From the IMG/VR virus record IMGVR_UViG_3300034410_000436, positions 1-34,446 of that record: a stretch of DNA of 34,446 nt, one strand, 5' to 3'. This document shows, one piece after another, positions 1 through 10,300 of this stretch. The notes under the pieces are model-generated. The model was given only the letters and a program-made list of their open reading frames with translations. It made no database searches and was not told the DNA's origin. Each line of letters opens with the position of its first letter. The stretch's first letter is position 1. A program made the translations under genes and the position numbers. The DNA comes from a virus. Its lineage: Duplodnaviria; Caudoviricetes.

Positions 1-1750
1 TATTAAATCGTAACATACCTGCTTGACCAATAGGTCTTAAAGCAGTATTTGCTGACGGCATTTTAACAGCGCCAGTTGTATCGAATACTATCGTTTCATC
101 AGAACTTGTAATAGTATCGACATGAATTTTATGCCAGTTTTTAGATGCAGAACCAAGAGAATAAATTCTATCTTGATCTGGTATAATATGAGAAGTAACG
201 TCTGCAGCAAATGCTACTGTATCTGAATCTTGATCACCGATTGTAAGATTACCAGCAATACCAACATCACCAGTAAAGTCTACTCTATTTGCTTCAAAGG
301 TTGCAGATAATGTGCCACCGGCAAAAACTTGTATTTGATCATTATCAGCGCCAGGAGTTGACTCTGCAGTAATTTTTGTATCTTGGTCAACATCAATAAC
401 ACCACCAAGACCTGACCAAGCAATACCATCGTATCCCTCGAATTGCCCGTCGTTAGAATTAAATCGTACCATGCCTTGTACAGCAGTAGGACGATCAGTA
501 GATAAACCTACCGGTAACGTTAATGCTCCTTCACCTGAAATGGTAAGAACGTCACCAGCTCCTGTGGGAGTAATTGCTGTAAGTGGTAAAGTACTATCGA
601 CATTAAACTCAGTACCATTAAGTGTTAAACCATTACCAGCTAAGAATGTTCCTTCGCCTTGGAACTGAGTCCAAGTAACATCGTCATCATTAATGCTGAA
701 CGAAGATGCGTCTTCAACCGTTGCAACCCAACCAGTTCCGCCGTTTACTGTACCATCTGTAACAAACTCATATGAACCTGGAAGTTCTGAATCTTCGTTT
801 GACCAAACTGTTCTTTGGAATACCCAAGCAGTATTAGCACTACCTTGTTGGATAAGATCATATGAACCGTTTTGAGTAGCATCAGTTTGATCTTTTACAA
901 GTAAGTTATCGCCAATATCCCAAGTAGTAATATCATCGATATATAAAACGTTGACTGGAGGTAGAGTAAGTGTATCTGAATATGTGTTATTACCTTGAGC
1001 AAAAGTTGCCCCGAGATCGGTTGTAGTTGCACCAAGAGCTGATGGACGTACTACCAGACCTTTAACAATATTATCTACATATCTTTTGTTAGTAGCATCA
1101 GTGGGCAAGATCGGGTCATCGAACACCTTAATAGTTGTTTCTACTCGATCTAATTCAAATTCTAAATATCTTTTGTTAACTACGTCTTGTTGATTAACTG
1201 GATCTTCAACGTTAATAATACGATGAGTACCAATGTTAACAACTGCATCTGATAATGCAAGATCAAAGTTAAGATCTGCTGGTACCGAAATAGTATTAGC
1301 AGTAATACTAAATTCGCCAGCTTCTATAAGATTTAATTCTCTTAATTCGTTAGTTGATTCGCCTAACGTAATTGATGTATTACCAATTGTAAAATCTTTT
1401 GTATTGATTAAACCATCTGCAACAACAAAGTTATTAGCATTTAACCCTGAATTGGAAACACCAAGTACGTGACCAAACGTATCAAAAGTAGCATTTTGTA
1501 AAAATTGTAAGCTACTATTAACTGTGTTTGCTACTGAACTTGTATTGGAATGTGATATTACAAGGTTTGCTGATTCGGTATCATTTTCTGGTGTTATGAT
1601 AATACCTTGTCCGCCGTCTACCGCGCGAACATATTCACCTACTGTATCTATACCTAATGCAATAGAATCTGGTACGATGACCGGTCTTTTTTCGCCTGCT
1701 GCTACGAGGCGAATATTTTTAGTTTGACCAACTTTAACTTTTACGGCCAC
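1..1750 (-). CDS. Tail-fibre/virion structural protein, 3'-truncated at the window edge (not in the ORF track)
   Basis: GTG start at 1750, just after the TAG of the upstream gene. Manual translation gives VAVKVKVGQTKNIRL..., two stalk-like motifs (DPVNQQDVVNKRYL, DPILPTDATNKRYVD) and GDNLLVKDQTDATQNG. It also has two copies of a fibre repeat seen in T4-like marine phages (LPVGLSTDRPTAVQGMVRFN...FEGYDGIAWSGLGG; MPSANTALRPIGQAGMLRFN). The frame appears open to position 1. Confidence 0.85.
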   Translation of the reverse strand, partial: MAVKVKVGQTKNIRLVAAGEKRPVIVPDSIALGIDTVGEYVRAVDGGQGIIITPENDTESANLVISHSNTSSVANTVNSSLQFLQNATFDTFGHVLGVSNSGLNANNFVVADGLINTKDFTIGNTSITLGESTNELRELNLIEAGEFSITANTISVPADLNFDLALSDAVVNIGTHRIINVEDPVNQQDVVNKRYLEFELDRVETTIKVFDDPILPTDATNKRYVDNIVKGLVVRPSALGATTTDLGATFAQGNNTYSDTLTLPPVNVLYIDDITTWDIGDNLLVKDQTDATQNGSYDLIQQGSANTAWVFQRTVWSNEDSELPGSYEFVTDGTVNGGTGWVATVEDASSFSINDDDVTWTQFQGEGTFLAGNGLTLNGTEFNVDSTLPLTAITPTGAGDVLTISGEGALTLPVGLSTDRPTAVQGMVRFNSNDGQFEGYDGIAWSGLGGVIDVDQDTKITAESTPGADNDQIQVFAGGTLSATFEANRVDFTGDVGIAGNLTIGDQDSDTVAFAADVTSHIIPDQDRIYSLGSASKNWHKIHVDTITSSDETIVFDTTGAVKMPSANTALRPIGQAGMLRFN

Positions 1751-1752
1751 AC

Positions 1753-2082
1753 CTATACCTCCGTGATTGTTGATACAACGAATACTATTCCATCAACTAT
1801 TTTTGACAATTCTCCGGTTGGTTTTCTCATAATCACGTCATATTGATACTTTCCTGGCTTAAGTTGACTTGTTACAAGTGCATCCAGTTTTAAAGTAATA
1901 TCATTTTCATTTTTTTCAAATTCAAACTCCGCGGTTCTTTTTGAAGAGTATAGCTTTCTTATATCTCCGAAAAAAGAATAATTCGCTATTGGCAGATCTA
2001 AGTCATCGTCATCAAATAATTCGACGGTAAGCCTAAAATCTGTACCTTGGTCTATATAAATGTTTAATTGGGAACTACTCAT
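1753..2082 (-). CDS. Small virion structural protein (NIYIDQGTDF-type, beta-sandwich-like)
   Basis: 109-aa ORF with N-terminal LNIYIDQGTDF and C-terminal GKYQYDV...IVDGIVFV, a pattern common in T4-like structural modules. A late promoter lies just upstream. Confidence 0.75.
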   Translation of the reverse strand: MSSSQLNIYIDQGTDFRLTVELFDDDDLDLPIANYSFFGDIRKLYSSKRTAEFEFEKNENDITLKLDALVTSQLKPGKYQYDVIMRKPTGELSKIVDGIVFVVSTITEV

Positions 2083-2119
2083 CTTATCTATTATCTCTTT
2101 TATAAAAGCTATTTTTCTT

Positions 2120-2127
2120 TATTTATA
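2120..2127 (-). promoter_or_regulatory. T4-type late promoter TATAAATA
   Basis: Plus-strand tatttata at 2120-2127 reads TATAAATA on minus. It is intergenic, about 38 nt upstream of the ATG at 2082. Confidence 0.8.
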
Positions 2128-2151
2128 ATAGAACAACATAGGATAATATCG

Positions 2152-2174
2152 AAAAAAGGGGGCGGAAGCCCCCT
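2152..2174 (-). terminator. Rho-independent terminator after the collagen-like fibre gene
   Basis: Minus strand reads AGGGGGC-TTCC-GCCCCCT followed by a T run, about 20 nt after the stop at 2196. Confidence 0.85.
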
Positions 2175-2195
2175 ATTTGTCACGTGCAAATTCTA

Positions 2196-5100
2196 TTAGC
2201 CTTTAAGATCGTTAACTTCGTCTTTAAGTTCTTTAATTGCTTCTACTATGAGTGCAGTAACGTTACCATATGCAACACTCTTAATTCCATCATCTCCTTC
2301 AGTAACAACTTCCGGTAATACACTTTCAATTTCTTGAGCAATAAAGCCGGCTTTTCTTACACCAGGTCTTGATTTCATATCGAAGTAAACACCTCTTAGA
2401 TCACAAACTTTTTCAAGAGCAGAATCGATAGTTACGATATTCTCTTTTAATCTTTCGTCTGAGTTAGCATTTAAATCACCGGTTGCAGTAAAGTCACCAG
2501 TTGTCATATCGAATGTGAATACGTCAGCGTTGGTGCCACCTCTAAATGCAACAGTTGGCATGTTACCAGAATCGCCTCTAATAACATAAGCATTTGAAGC
2601 AGTTTCGTATAATGTCTCAACGTAAGGTGAACCACCAGTACCACCAAATCCTAATGTTTGATCAGCTGGAATCCAGAAAGAACTTGTGTTACCATCAATA
2701 CCTGCGGCTGTTAATGTACCAACAACTGTAAGATTACCTTCAACTTGAATATTTTCTACTGTTAATTCGTCATCTTCAGAAGTATAGAAGAAGTTAGATT
2801 CTCCACCTGGGTTTGGACCAGTTGTACCCATCATTGGTCGAGATGTGTTACCACCTTCGAACATTGTTATGAATACTGGAGTACCTTGTAATCCTGTTTC
2901 GTGGATGTTCTGTAAGTTATTAACTCCACCTTCAGGACCAAAGCCCTGCATACCTTGAGTACCTTGGAATCCGCGTTCGCCTTGGAAACCTTGAGCAGCC
3001 TGTGTACCTTGAATACCTTGAGTACCTTGACCTGGGAAACCCTGAATACCAAGATCACCTTGCATACCTTGAGTACCTTGGATACCTTGTGAACCAACTC
3101 CTGGAGGACCTTGGAAACCTAAGTCACCTTGGAAACCCTGTGCACCTTGGTTACCGTCATTACCCAATCCACCGCCGATACCTTGGAAACCTTGTATACC
3201 CAAGAAGCCTTGAACACCTTGAGAACCGCCTTCACCTAAATCACCGATTAGACCTTGAGTACCTTGGAAACCGAAGAAACCCTGTACACCCTCATCGCCG
3301 ATACCAGCTGGACCTTGGAAACCTTGTAGACCTTGAATACCGTCTCCGGCGTCACCTTGGAAACCTTGAACACCGTCGTCGCCGTCAATACCTTGAATAC
3401 CTTGAACACCGCCTTCACCGATACCAGTTAAGCCTTGTAGACCTTGAATACCTTCGTCGCCAACTTCGCCGTCTAATCCTTGTGGACCTTGAATACCTTG
3501 TATACCAGCTCCTGGAGGACCTAAGTCACCTTGAATACCTTGGTGTCCTTGTAATGCGTCACCTTGAATACCTTGGAAACCTTGAATACCAGTAGCACCG
3601 ACTCCAGCAAAACCTTGGAAGCCTTGGAAACCTTGTGTACCCTGATTAGCCGTACCTTGGAAACCTTGAGTACCTTGTGATCCTTGGAAACCTTCGTCTC
3701 CATCAGCACCAGCAATACCTTGAACAGATTGTGTACCTTGAGTACCCTGTGAACCTTGTGTACCATCGCCACCAATAAATCCTGCTTGACCTTGGAAGCC
3801 TTGAGTACCTTGCATTCCTTGGAAGCCTTGAGTACCAGCTTCACCTGGACCGCCTTGAAGACCTTGTGATCCTTGGAAACCTTCAAAGCCTTGAAGACCT
3901 TGGATACCTGCTGGACCAATATCACCTGTTCTTGCGAATGTAATGATAATATCTTCGTCTTGACTAAAGTTCGATACTGATCCACTTACGTATGCAGCAT
4001 CTATATCAAAGTACCCACTTGATTCTGTTAATGCAGAAATTGTAAAGATTACAAAGTTTGCTGGAGTAGCTTTTTCTGATATTTTAAAGTGACCTTTAAT
4101 AGGACTTGTTGAATCATCAACTGTTCTAAGGAACGGCTGAATATCTACAAAGTTATCGTCTCTATCATCGATAAACAATTTAGTTGCAGATGCAAGAGTA
4201 GCATTATTGAATTTTAAATAACCAGTACTATCTGTGCTACTTGGATCGGTAGCTGCTGTATTTGTACTATATGTGTAATCAAATGTTACACCACCAAATC
4301 CACCAGTTGAACCTTGGAAACCGCCTCCACCTTGAAGACCAGTAAAGCCTTGAACACCTTGTGGTCCAATTGGTCCTGGGAAACCTTGAATACCTTGGAA
4401 ACCAAGATCACCTTGGAAACCGTCTGTACCTTGAAGACCAGCACCTGTTGAACCTTGGAAACCTAAGTCACCTTGGAAACCTTGAATGCCCTGTAATCCT
4501 TGAATACCTTGTAAGCCCTGTTCACCAGCTCTTGTAAAGGTAAAGATTATGTCTGTATTATTTGTAAAATATGTTGCGTCAGCATTAGTAGATTTAGTTA
4601 AATACGTAATGCTTAAGTTATAATAAGTTGAATTTTCTACTAAACCTGTTAAGCTATAAAGTAAGAATTCTGCAGGATCAGCAATAGAAACAATCTTGAT
4701 ATAACCAAGCATTGCAGAACCACCATCATCTAAACTTCTTAGATAATCATCGAGGTTTGCACCATTTGTTTCTGTATCCGACATGCGCATAATTGTAGCT
4801 GCAGTAAGATCAGTATTGTTAAATTTAATTAATCCTGAAGCTGGACCTGTAGGTGTTGTACTTGGAGTAAAGTCATATTCAAATGAAGCTCCACCGTAAG
4901 CACCAGCAATACCTTGAGCACCTTGTGTGCCTTGGAATCCTTGTATACCTTGATGGCCTTGAGTACCTTGTGTTCCTTGGAATCCTAAGAAACCTTGTAA
5001 GCCTTGAGTACCCTGTGCACCTTGAATACCAGCATCACCGCGTGGAACAAAGTTAATTAATGTTTTTGCAGTATGACCAGAACCAATAACATCTAAATCC

Positions 5101-6974
5101 CAGCTGTAACTATTACCTGAAGTAAGTCCATATTGACCTACATATGTAACATCGAAGATAACAAAGGTTTTAGTACCACTTGTATCCCAGTTAACTGCTG
5201 AAAATTCGTATACTACTTGATGGTGTCCACCAGGACCATTGCCATCATCAAAACTTTCTATTACAACAAGACCTTTTGAGGATCCTGGAATAGCTGCTAG
5301 CCAATCAAACATTTCATCAAGTTCACCAGTATAGTTACTTAATGGAATATCGTCTAATACTAATTTAGTCGCGCTTTGAACATTGGTGTTGTTAATTTTC
5401 CAAGCAGAAATGCCTGGATTAGTAGTTGGGTCAAGATCATTAGTGAAAGCCCACTCATATGTTAAACCACCGTACCAACCAACAGCACCCTGTAGTCCCT
5501 GAGTACCCTGGAAGCCTTGAGTTCCTTGGAACCCTTGGATACCTACATCACCCTGTAAACCTTGAACTCCTTGGAATCCTTGTGTGCCTTGATGGCCTTG
5601 AGTACCTTGGAAGCCTTGCGTTCCTTGAACACCTTGATGTCCTTGAGTACCTTGCGAACCTTGGAAACCTTCGTCACCTTGTAAGCCTTGTACACCCTGA
5701 GTTCCTTGCATCCCTTGAATGCCGGTAAAACCTTGGAAACCCTGTGTACCTTGAATTGATTGTGGACCTTGAGTACCTTGAAGACCCTGTAAGCCTTGAA
5801 GACCTTGTAATCCTTGAACGCCCTGTGTACCCTGAATACCTTGATCGCCTGCTAAGCTAAATGCAACTAATGTTGGAAGCTGTTGAGTGGTGCCTGGGTT
5901 TGGAGTATTTAATTGAACGAAGTCGCTCTTAATACCATCGCCTGATAAGAAAGTAACATCTAATTCCCAATAACCTGTTCTATCTGTTGCTCCCTGAATT
6001 TGGAAGATCATATAGTTTGATGGGTTATTACGAAGAGTTATCTTCATAGTACCTTTATTTGCAGTACCTACAGCAGCAATAGCAGTATATAAACCTTCTA
6101 AGTTTACACCATAGAAAGCTTCATCGTCAATCCAAATTTTTGTAACTGAACTAAAGTTATCACCAGGATTAGGCGCACCATTTAAGATCATGTCACCAGT
6201 GCCTGGATCGGCTTCTACAATTCCATCATCGATTCTAAATTCTACTACGTGACCAGCATCGTCTCCACTAAATCCTTGGAAACCTGTATCGCCTTGGATA
6301 CCTTGTGTACCCTGCATACCTTGAATTGACTGCGGTCCTTGCGTACCTTGAATACCGAAGTCGCCCTGTATTCCTTGGACACCTTGCACACCTTGTGGTC
6401 CTTGTGTCCCTTGGTTACCTTGAATACCTTGCAAGCCTTGAACACCAATAAAACCTTGTAAGCCCTGCGTACCTTGGAAACCTCTAAAACCTCTTGATCC
6501 CTGAATACCTTCTTCACCAATAGTACCTTGGTTACCTTGTAAACCTTGGATACCAGTGAAACCTTGTACGCCTCTGAATGAACCAATGTTTACCCAAACA
6601 GCTCCATCATATACCCATAACTCATCGTCAGTATTATCGACAACTGCGTTACCAAGAACTGCTGATGGGAATGCAGCGTTTAATGTTGCTTGTTGGTCTC
6701 CACCAGCATCAACATCGGCAACAGAACCGATTACATCGAATCCTGGGCCATAATCTCCTTGTAAACCTTGAAGACCAGCAGGTCCTGTTGTACCTGTAGT
6801 ACCTTGAACACCAGCACCAACTGCTGTCCAAACTGTTCCATTTGATACATATATAAGACCATCGCTACCATAAGCGACCGCACCTGTATATGGAGCTGGA
6901 TCGAGTTGAATAGGGACCTGTTGCGGTTGGCCCTGTCCAACGATTTTGCTACCGCTTATTGATCTAAAAGCCAT
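2196..6974 (-). CDS. Collagen-like (Gly-X-Gln) tail fibre with four globular inserts and a C-terminal peptidase S74 intramolecular chaperone
   Basis: 1592 aa with long GXQ triplet runs. The C-terminus has NSDERLKENI...GFIAQE...VAYGNVTALIVEAIKEL, the S74 autocleavage/chaperone signature. Confidence 0.9.
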   Translation of the reverse strand: MAFRSISGSKIVGQGQPQQVPIQLDPAPYTGAVAYGSDGLIYVSNGTVWTAVGAGVQGTTGTTGPAGLQGLQGDYGPGFDVIGSVADVDAGGDQQATLNAAFPSAVLGNAVVDNTDDELWVYDGAVWVNIGSFRGVQGFTGIQGLQGNQGTIGEEGIQGSRGFRGFQGTQGLQGFIGVQGLQGIQGNQGTQGPQGVQGVQGIQGDFGIQGTQGPQSIQGMQGTQGIQGDTGFQGFSGDDAGHVVEFRIDDGIVEADPGTGDMILNGAPNPGDNFSSVTKIWIDDEAFYGVNLEGLYTAIAAVGTANKGTMKITLRNNPSNYMIFQIQGATDRTGYWELDVTFLSGDGIKSDFVQLNTPNPGTTQQLPTLVAFSLAGDQGIQGTQGVQGLQGLQGLQGLQGTQGPQSIQGTQGFQGFTGIQGMQGTQGVQGLQGDEGFQGSQGTQGHQGVQGTQGFQGTQGHQGTQGFQGVQGLQGDVGIQGFQGTQGFQGTQGLQGAVGWYGGLTYEWAFTNDLDPTTNPGISAWKINNTNVQSATKLVLDDIPLSNYTGELDEMFDWLAAIPGSSKGLVVIESFDDGNGPGGHHQVVYEFSAVNWDTSGTKTFVIFDVTYVGQYGLTSGNSYSWDLDVIGSGHTAKTLINFVPRGDAGIQGAQGTQGLQGFLGFQGTQGTQGHQGIQGFQGTQGAQGIAGAYGGASFEYDFTPSTTPTGPASGLIKFNNTDLTAATIMRMSDTETNGANLDDYLRSLDDGGSAMLGYIKIVSIADPAEFLLYSLTGLVENSTYYNLSITYLTKSTNADATYFTNNTDIIFTFTRAGEQGLQGIQGLQGIQGFQGDLGFQGSTGAGLQGTDGFQGDLGFQGIQGFPGPIGPQGVQGFTGLQGGGGFQGSTGGFGGVTFDYTYSTNTAATDPSSTDSTGYLKFNNATLASATKLFIDDRDDNFVDIQPFLRTVDDSTSPIKGHFKISEKATPANFVIFTISALTESSGYFDIDAAYVSGSVSNFSQDEDIIITFARTGDIGPAGIQGLQGFEGFQGSQGLQGGPGEAGTQGFQGMQGTQGFQGQAGFIGGDGTQGSQGTQGTQSVQGIAGADGDEGFQGSQGTQGFQGTANQGTQGFQGFQGFAGVGATGIQGFQGIQGDALQGHQGIQGDLGPPGAGIQGIQGPQGLDGEVGDEGIQGLQGLTGIGEGGVQGIQGIDGDDGVQGFQGDAGDGIQGLQGFQGPAGIGDEGVQGFFGFQGTQGLIGDLGEGGSQGVQGFLGIQGFQGIGGGLGNDGNQGAQGFQGDLGFQGPPGVGSQGIQGTQGMQGDLGIQGFPGQGTQGIQGTQAAQGFQGERGFQGTQGMQGFGPEGGVNNLQNIHETGLQGTPVFITMFEGGNTSRPMMGTTGPNPGGESNFFYTSEDDELTVENIQVEGNLTVVGTLTAAGIDGNTSSFWIPADQTLGFGGTGGSPYVETLYETASNAYVIRGDSGNMPTVAFRGGTNADVFTFDMTTGDFTATGDLNANSDERLKENIVTIDSALEKVCDLRGVYFDMKSRPGVRKAGFIAQEIESVLPEVVTEGDDGIKSVAYGNVTALIVEAIKELKDEVNDLKG
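2940..6570 (-). repeat. 9-bp-periodic coding repeat from Gly-X-Gln triplets, in five blocks separated by globular domains
   Basis: Recurrent accttg(N3) on the plus strand corresponds to CAA-GGT (Gln-Gly) codons on minus. Confidence 0.9.
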
Positions 6975-7396
6975 TATACATCATCCTCCTCGGATTGACC
7001 AAGGGTAAAGGATAATGAAGCATCCACGGCTAAGTTTGTATCAGTTTTTAATTCTAGTAAATCTCCAGATTTAAAGAATTGTCCATTGAGTGGTAAAGGA
7101 ATTGTGTCATACGCAGGAATTTGAAGATTTCTGATAATCCAAAAAGTATCATTATCTTCATACCTATACGTTCTTACGTCAACCATTACTGTGTTTGCTG
7201 TAAAGTTACATAAGATGAGAGGAGAAATAACTTCTCCTACTCCAGGTTCTACCGTTGTTGAACCACCAAACACTAATTCAGGTACCTCATAATTTGGTAC
7301 TTCAATCATAGTCTGCCAATTCGTACTCAACGTAAAGGACTTGGCTACCGGTTTAGCATCTGGTGCCTGAGATGTTACGATTGTTGTAATAGTCAT
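6974..7396 (-). CDS. Hypothetical 140-aa beta-rich protein, probable fibre adaptor
   Basis: Shares TAATG stop/start overlaps with both neighbours. Has alternating beta-strand patterns and GDLLELK. Function is inferred from context only. Confidence 0.7.
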   Translation of the reverse strand: MTITTIVTSQAPDAKPVAKSFTLSTNWQTMIEVPNYEVPELVFGGSTTVEPGVGEVISPLILCNFTANTVMVDVRTYRYEDNDTFWIIRNLQIPAYDTIPLPLNGQFFKSGDLLELKTDTNLAVDASLSFTLGQSEEDDV

Positions 7397-10300
7397 TATA
7401 GTGATGCCCTTGAGTTAGATGCCCTTCGTGCGAGTTTTCTTACCGATGATGTAAACGGTCGACCTTCGATTCGACCTGTTCTACCATTAATCTTCAATCC
7501 TCGTGCGAAGTACTGGTTATTTAATTCGTCTGATCCAGACCATCTGATTCGACCGCCATTTTCTGATAATACCGAAGCATTAGCACCGATAGCAGCACCA
7601 ACGTTCCTGAAGTTCAATGGTAAGGCGTTTCTGTTAACACCTGCCGAAGCACCGTTGAACTGGTGAGCAATGGATTCAACTAGCGATCCAAATACTAGGA
7701 AGTTAGGTCGTATGACACTATCTATAATTACGTTATCAATCAATTCGGTTACCATATTTCTATGCGTTAGGTCCGGAGCAATATTGTTATTTATATAAGT
7801 TTTCATCTGTGTCCAAGCGCCTGTGAATGCGTCAAGTAAATCAGTATTATTCTGACCAACTGATGCCCAAGCTACGCCTGTCCAGTGGAAGATTTCGCCA
7901 ACATAACGATTATCGTTATTATTAGTTGGAATAATATATGCATCCCAACGTTTCATATCAGTTAATGCGTCTCTTGCAGCTGCATCAACGACCGTACCTT
8001 TGAATCTTAAGTTTCTCCAATTAGCAAATGATGCTGGCGGATTGAACACTGGGAATACATGTTGTGCATCGATATTAAATAATGCGCCAACGAAAGATCT
8101 AGAAGCTTGATCAGCACCCGCACCAGAAACGTTATATAAGTTATTTGGATTAAGTGATGGATCAGTATATCTAAAGTCGTTTTGGATAACTTTAAGGAAG
8201 TTACCTGCATCACGATAAGTTTTAGGTAGATCAATAAACTTGTATTCAGAAGTAATGAATCTTTGTACTTCACGCTGTATTCGAGTTCTGTTATCGCCAA
8301 GAATATCTTTAGCAAACTTGAATGTTTTATCAGTTTCCCAACCAAAGTCTGGATCAATTGATGGTCCAAGCTTATTAACATCATTGTAGAATAATGCGTT
8401 GTAGAAGATTAATCCTAAATCTGTTGCTTGCTTAGATTGTACTTCAGTACCAAGTTCAGATCTAATAACCTGACCAGGATATGTACCTCTAACAATTTGT
8501 GCAACAATGTAACCAAGTTGACGATATGCTTGAGCAGTTGCTTCTCTTGTATCTTCAGGAACTCTTAATTCGTTATTCCAGAAGTAGAAGTTTGCATTCC
8601 ATCTTGTTGCAAGGTTACCACCGTAGTTAAGATCCCAAGACATAGCATCTAGAATATAACCAGCATCTCTACGACATTTAGCTTTGCTGTAATCAACAAT
8701 TGTAAATGTATCTTTTAAGAATTCAGTTACATCATCTGCAAGTTCGTCAAGGTTTTCATCGATTGAGTTAGCAGCTGCTATTCTATCAGCGTCAACCCAA
8801 GATAGATCAGGTTCAGTAATTGCTGGGATAGCATCAATTGAATCTCTTCTAATTGTATCTTCAACTATTCTTACAAGATCAGCTACTTCTTCAGCTTCAA
8901 CTGCGGTAGCGGCTGTAACTGCCACTTGAGTTGATGAACTATGCTTGGATATTGAAGTATCAACTGTTCCACCAACTACGATCTTCTCGACAGTGTCTGC
9001 TAATTCAGTAAAGAATCTTGCAGTTTGTTGTCTTTGATCTGCTGGTAATACTGATACTGCATTTACAAAGTAAAGACCTGCAGTTTGAACAGTTGCATAG
9101 TTTGTTGAGTAGTTAACATCGTGAGATAATGCATCGATCATTGTACCAACGTCTCTTCTACATTTCTCTTTAGAGTAACTAATACCATTGTAAGTATCGT
9201 AAATGTATGTTTGTAGATCAGTAGCCATTTGAACTGTATTATTATCAATAACGTTTTTAGCAGCAAGAATATCTGCATCGATCCAGTTTGTGAATGGCTC
9301 AACTCTTGCAGGTATTGCTGATGGACTGTTATCGTCTGAAACTTTGCTTAACATTAATGCTAGGTTCATAGCTTCAGTAGCAATAGGTCTTCTAGTTGCT
9401 ATGGTTGGCATTTCTTGTTTAACGTGGTTACCAGTAACATGTGATATTGCATTGAGTGATGCTCTTACGAATGTATGAGCTCCACCGCCTTTACCGTAAG
9501 CAACTTTACCAACTTGCATTGTAATTGTAGTTGCATCAGCACTTGTAATGTAATATGGGTTACCATAGTATGGATCGCCAAGTTGTGGAGATGGATGTTC
9601 TGCAATATCTCCGTCTAGGCTACATGTAAATACGATACTTTCAGGAGCAATCATTACATGATCACCAGCTGTAAGACCGTGTCCTGTACCTAATGTTGCT
9701 GTAAAGATTCCTGAATCAGGATCATATGATGCGCTTGTAGGAGTAAATTGATTACCAATTTCTCTTTCAACTGGCTCGTTACGAACAACATGTTGAACAA
9801 CTTTAGCCATATATTCGAAGGCTTCTCTTGTTGCTTGACGTTGATCGATTGGTAAGATATTTACTGCATTCTTGAAGTAAAGTTCTGCAGTTCCATGCAT
9901 TGCAGCGTTACCACCGTATTGAATATCATGTGATATTGCATCGACGATATAACCTGTATCTCTTCTGCATCTTGCTTCTTCGTATTGTAGGAATGCAAAC
10001 TTATCATTTAAGTATTGAACAACTGAAGATCCTAGAGCTTCTTTACGTCCAAGGATAAGATCTTTTTCAGTTTCAAAATTATAACCAGTAGCAGCAGCGT
10101 CAGTAATTGTAGCTTCTCTTGCTTGTGGTAGATTAATTAATGAATCATCAGTAATAATATCTGCAACGATCTTAATAAGTAACTCAACCTCGATACCAGA
10201 TGCGCCAACAACGTTACCGAATCCAGATGTTACCTGAGAAACTCCATTACCTGTTGTAGGGGTAACTGTTTGCTTAAGAACGACTTGTTCAGCTACTGCA

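Noticed and set aside
2940-6570. Periodic accttg repeats as a possible CRISPR array or satellite
   Set aside because: The period is 9 bp, in frame with Gly-X-Gln codons. There are no constant repeats with unique spacers and no cas genes.
2867-6940. Alternative-frame ORFs over the collagen gene (e.g. 3002..3595 +, 3521..3985 -, 5459..5728 +, 6245..6586 -)
   Set aside because: Their LEYL and KVFKV periodicity is simply the GXQ repeat read in other frames. There is no independent coding signal.
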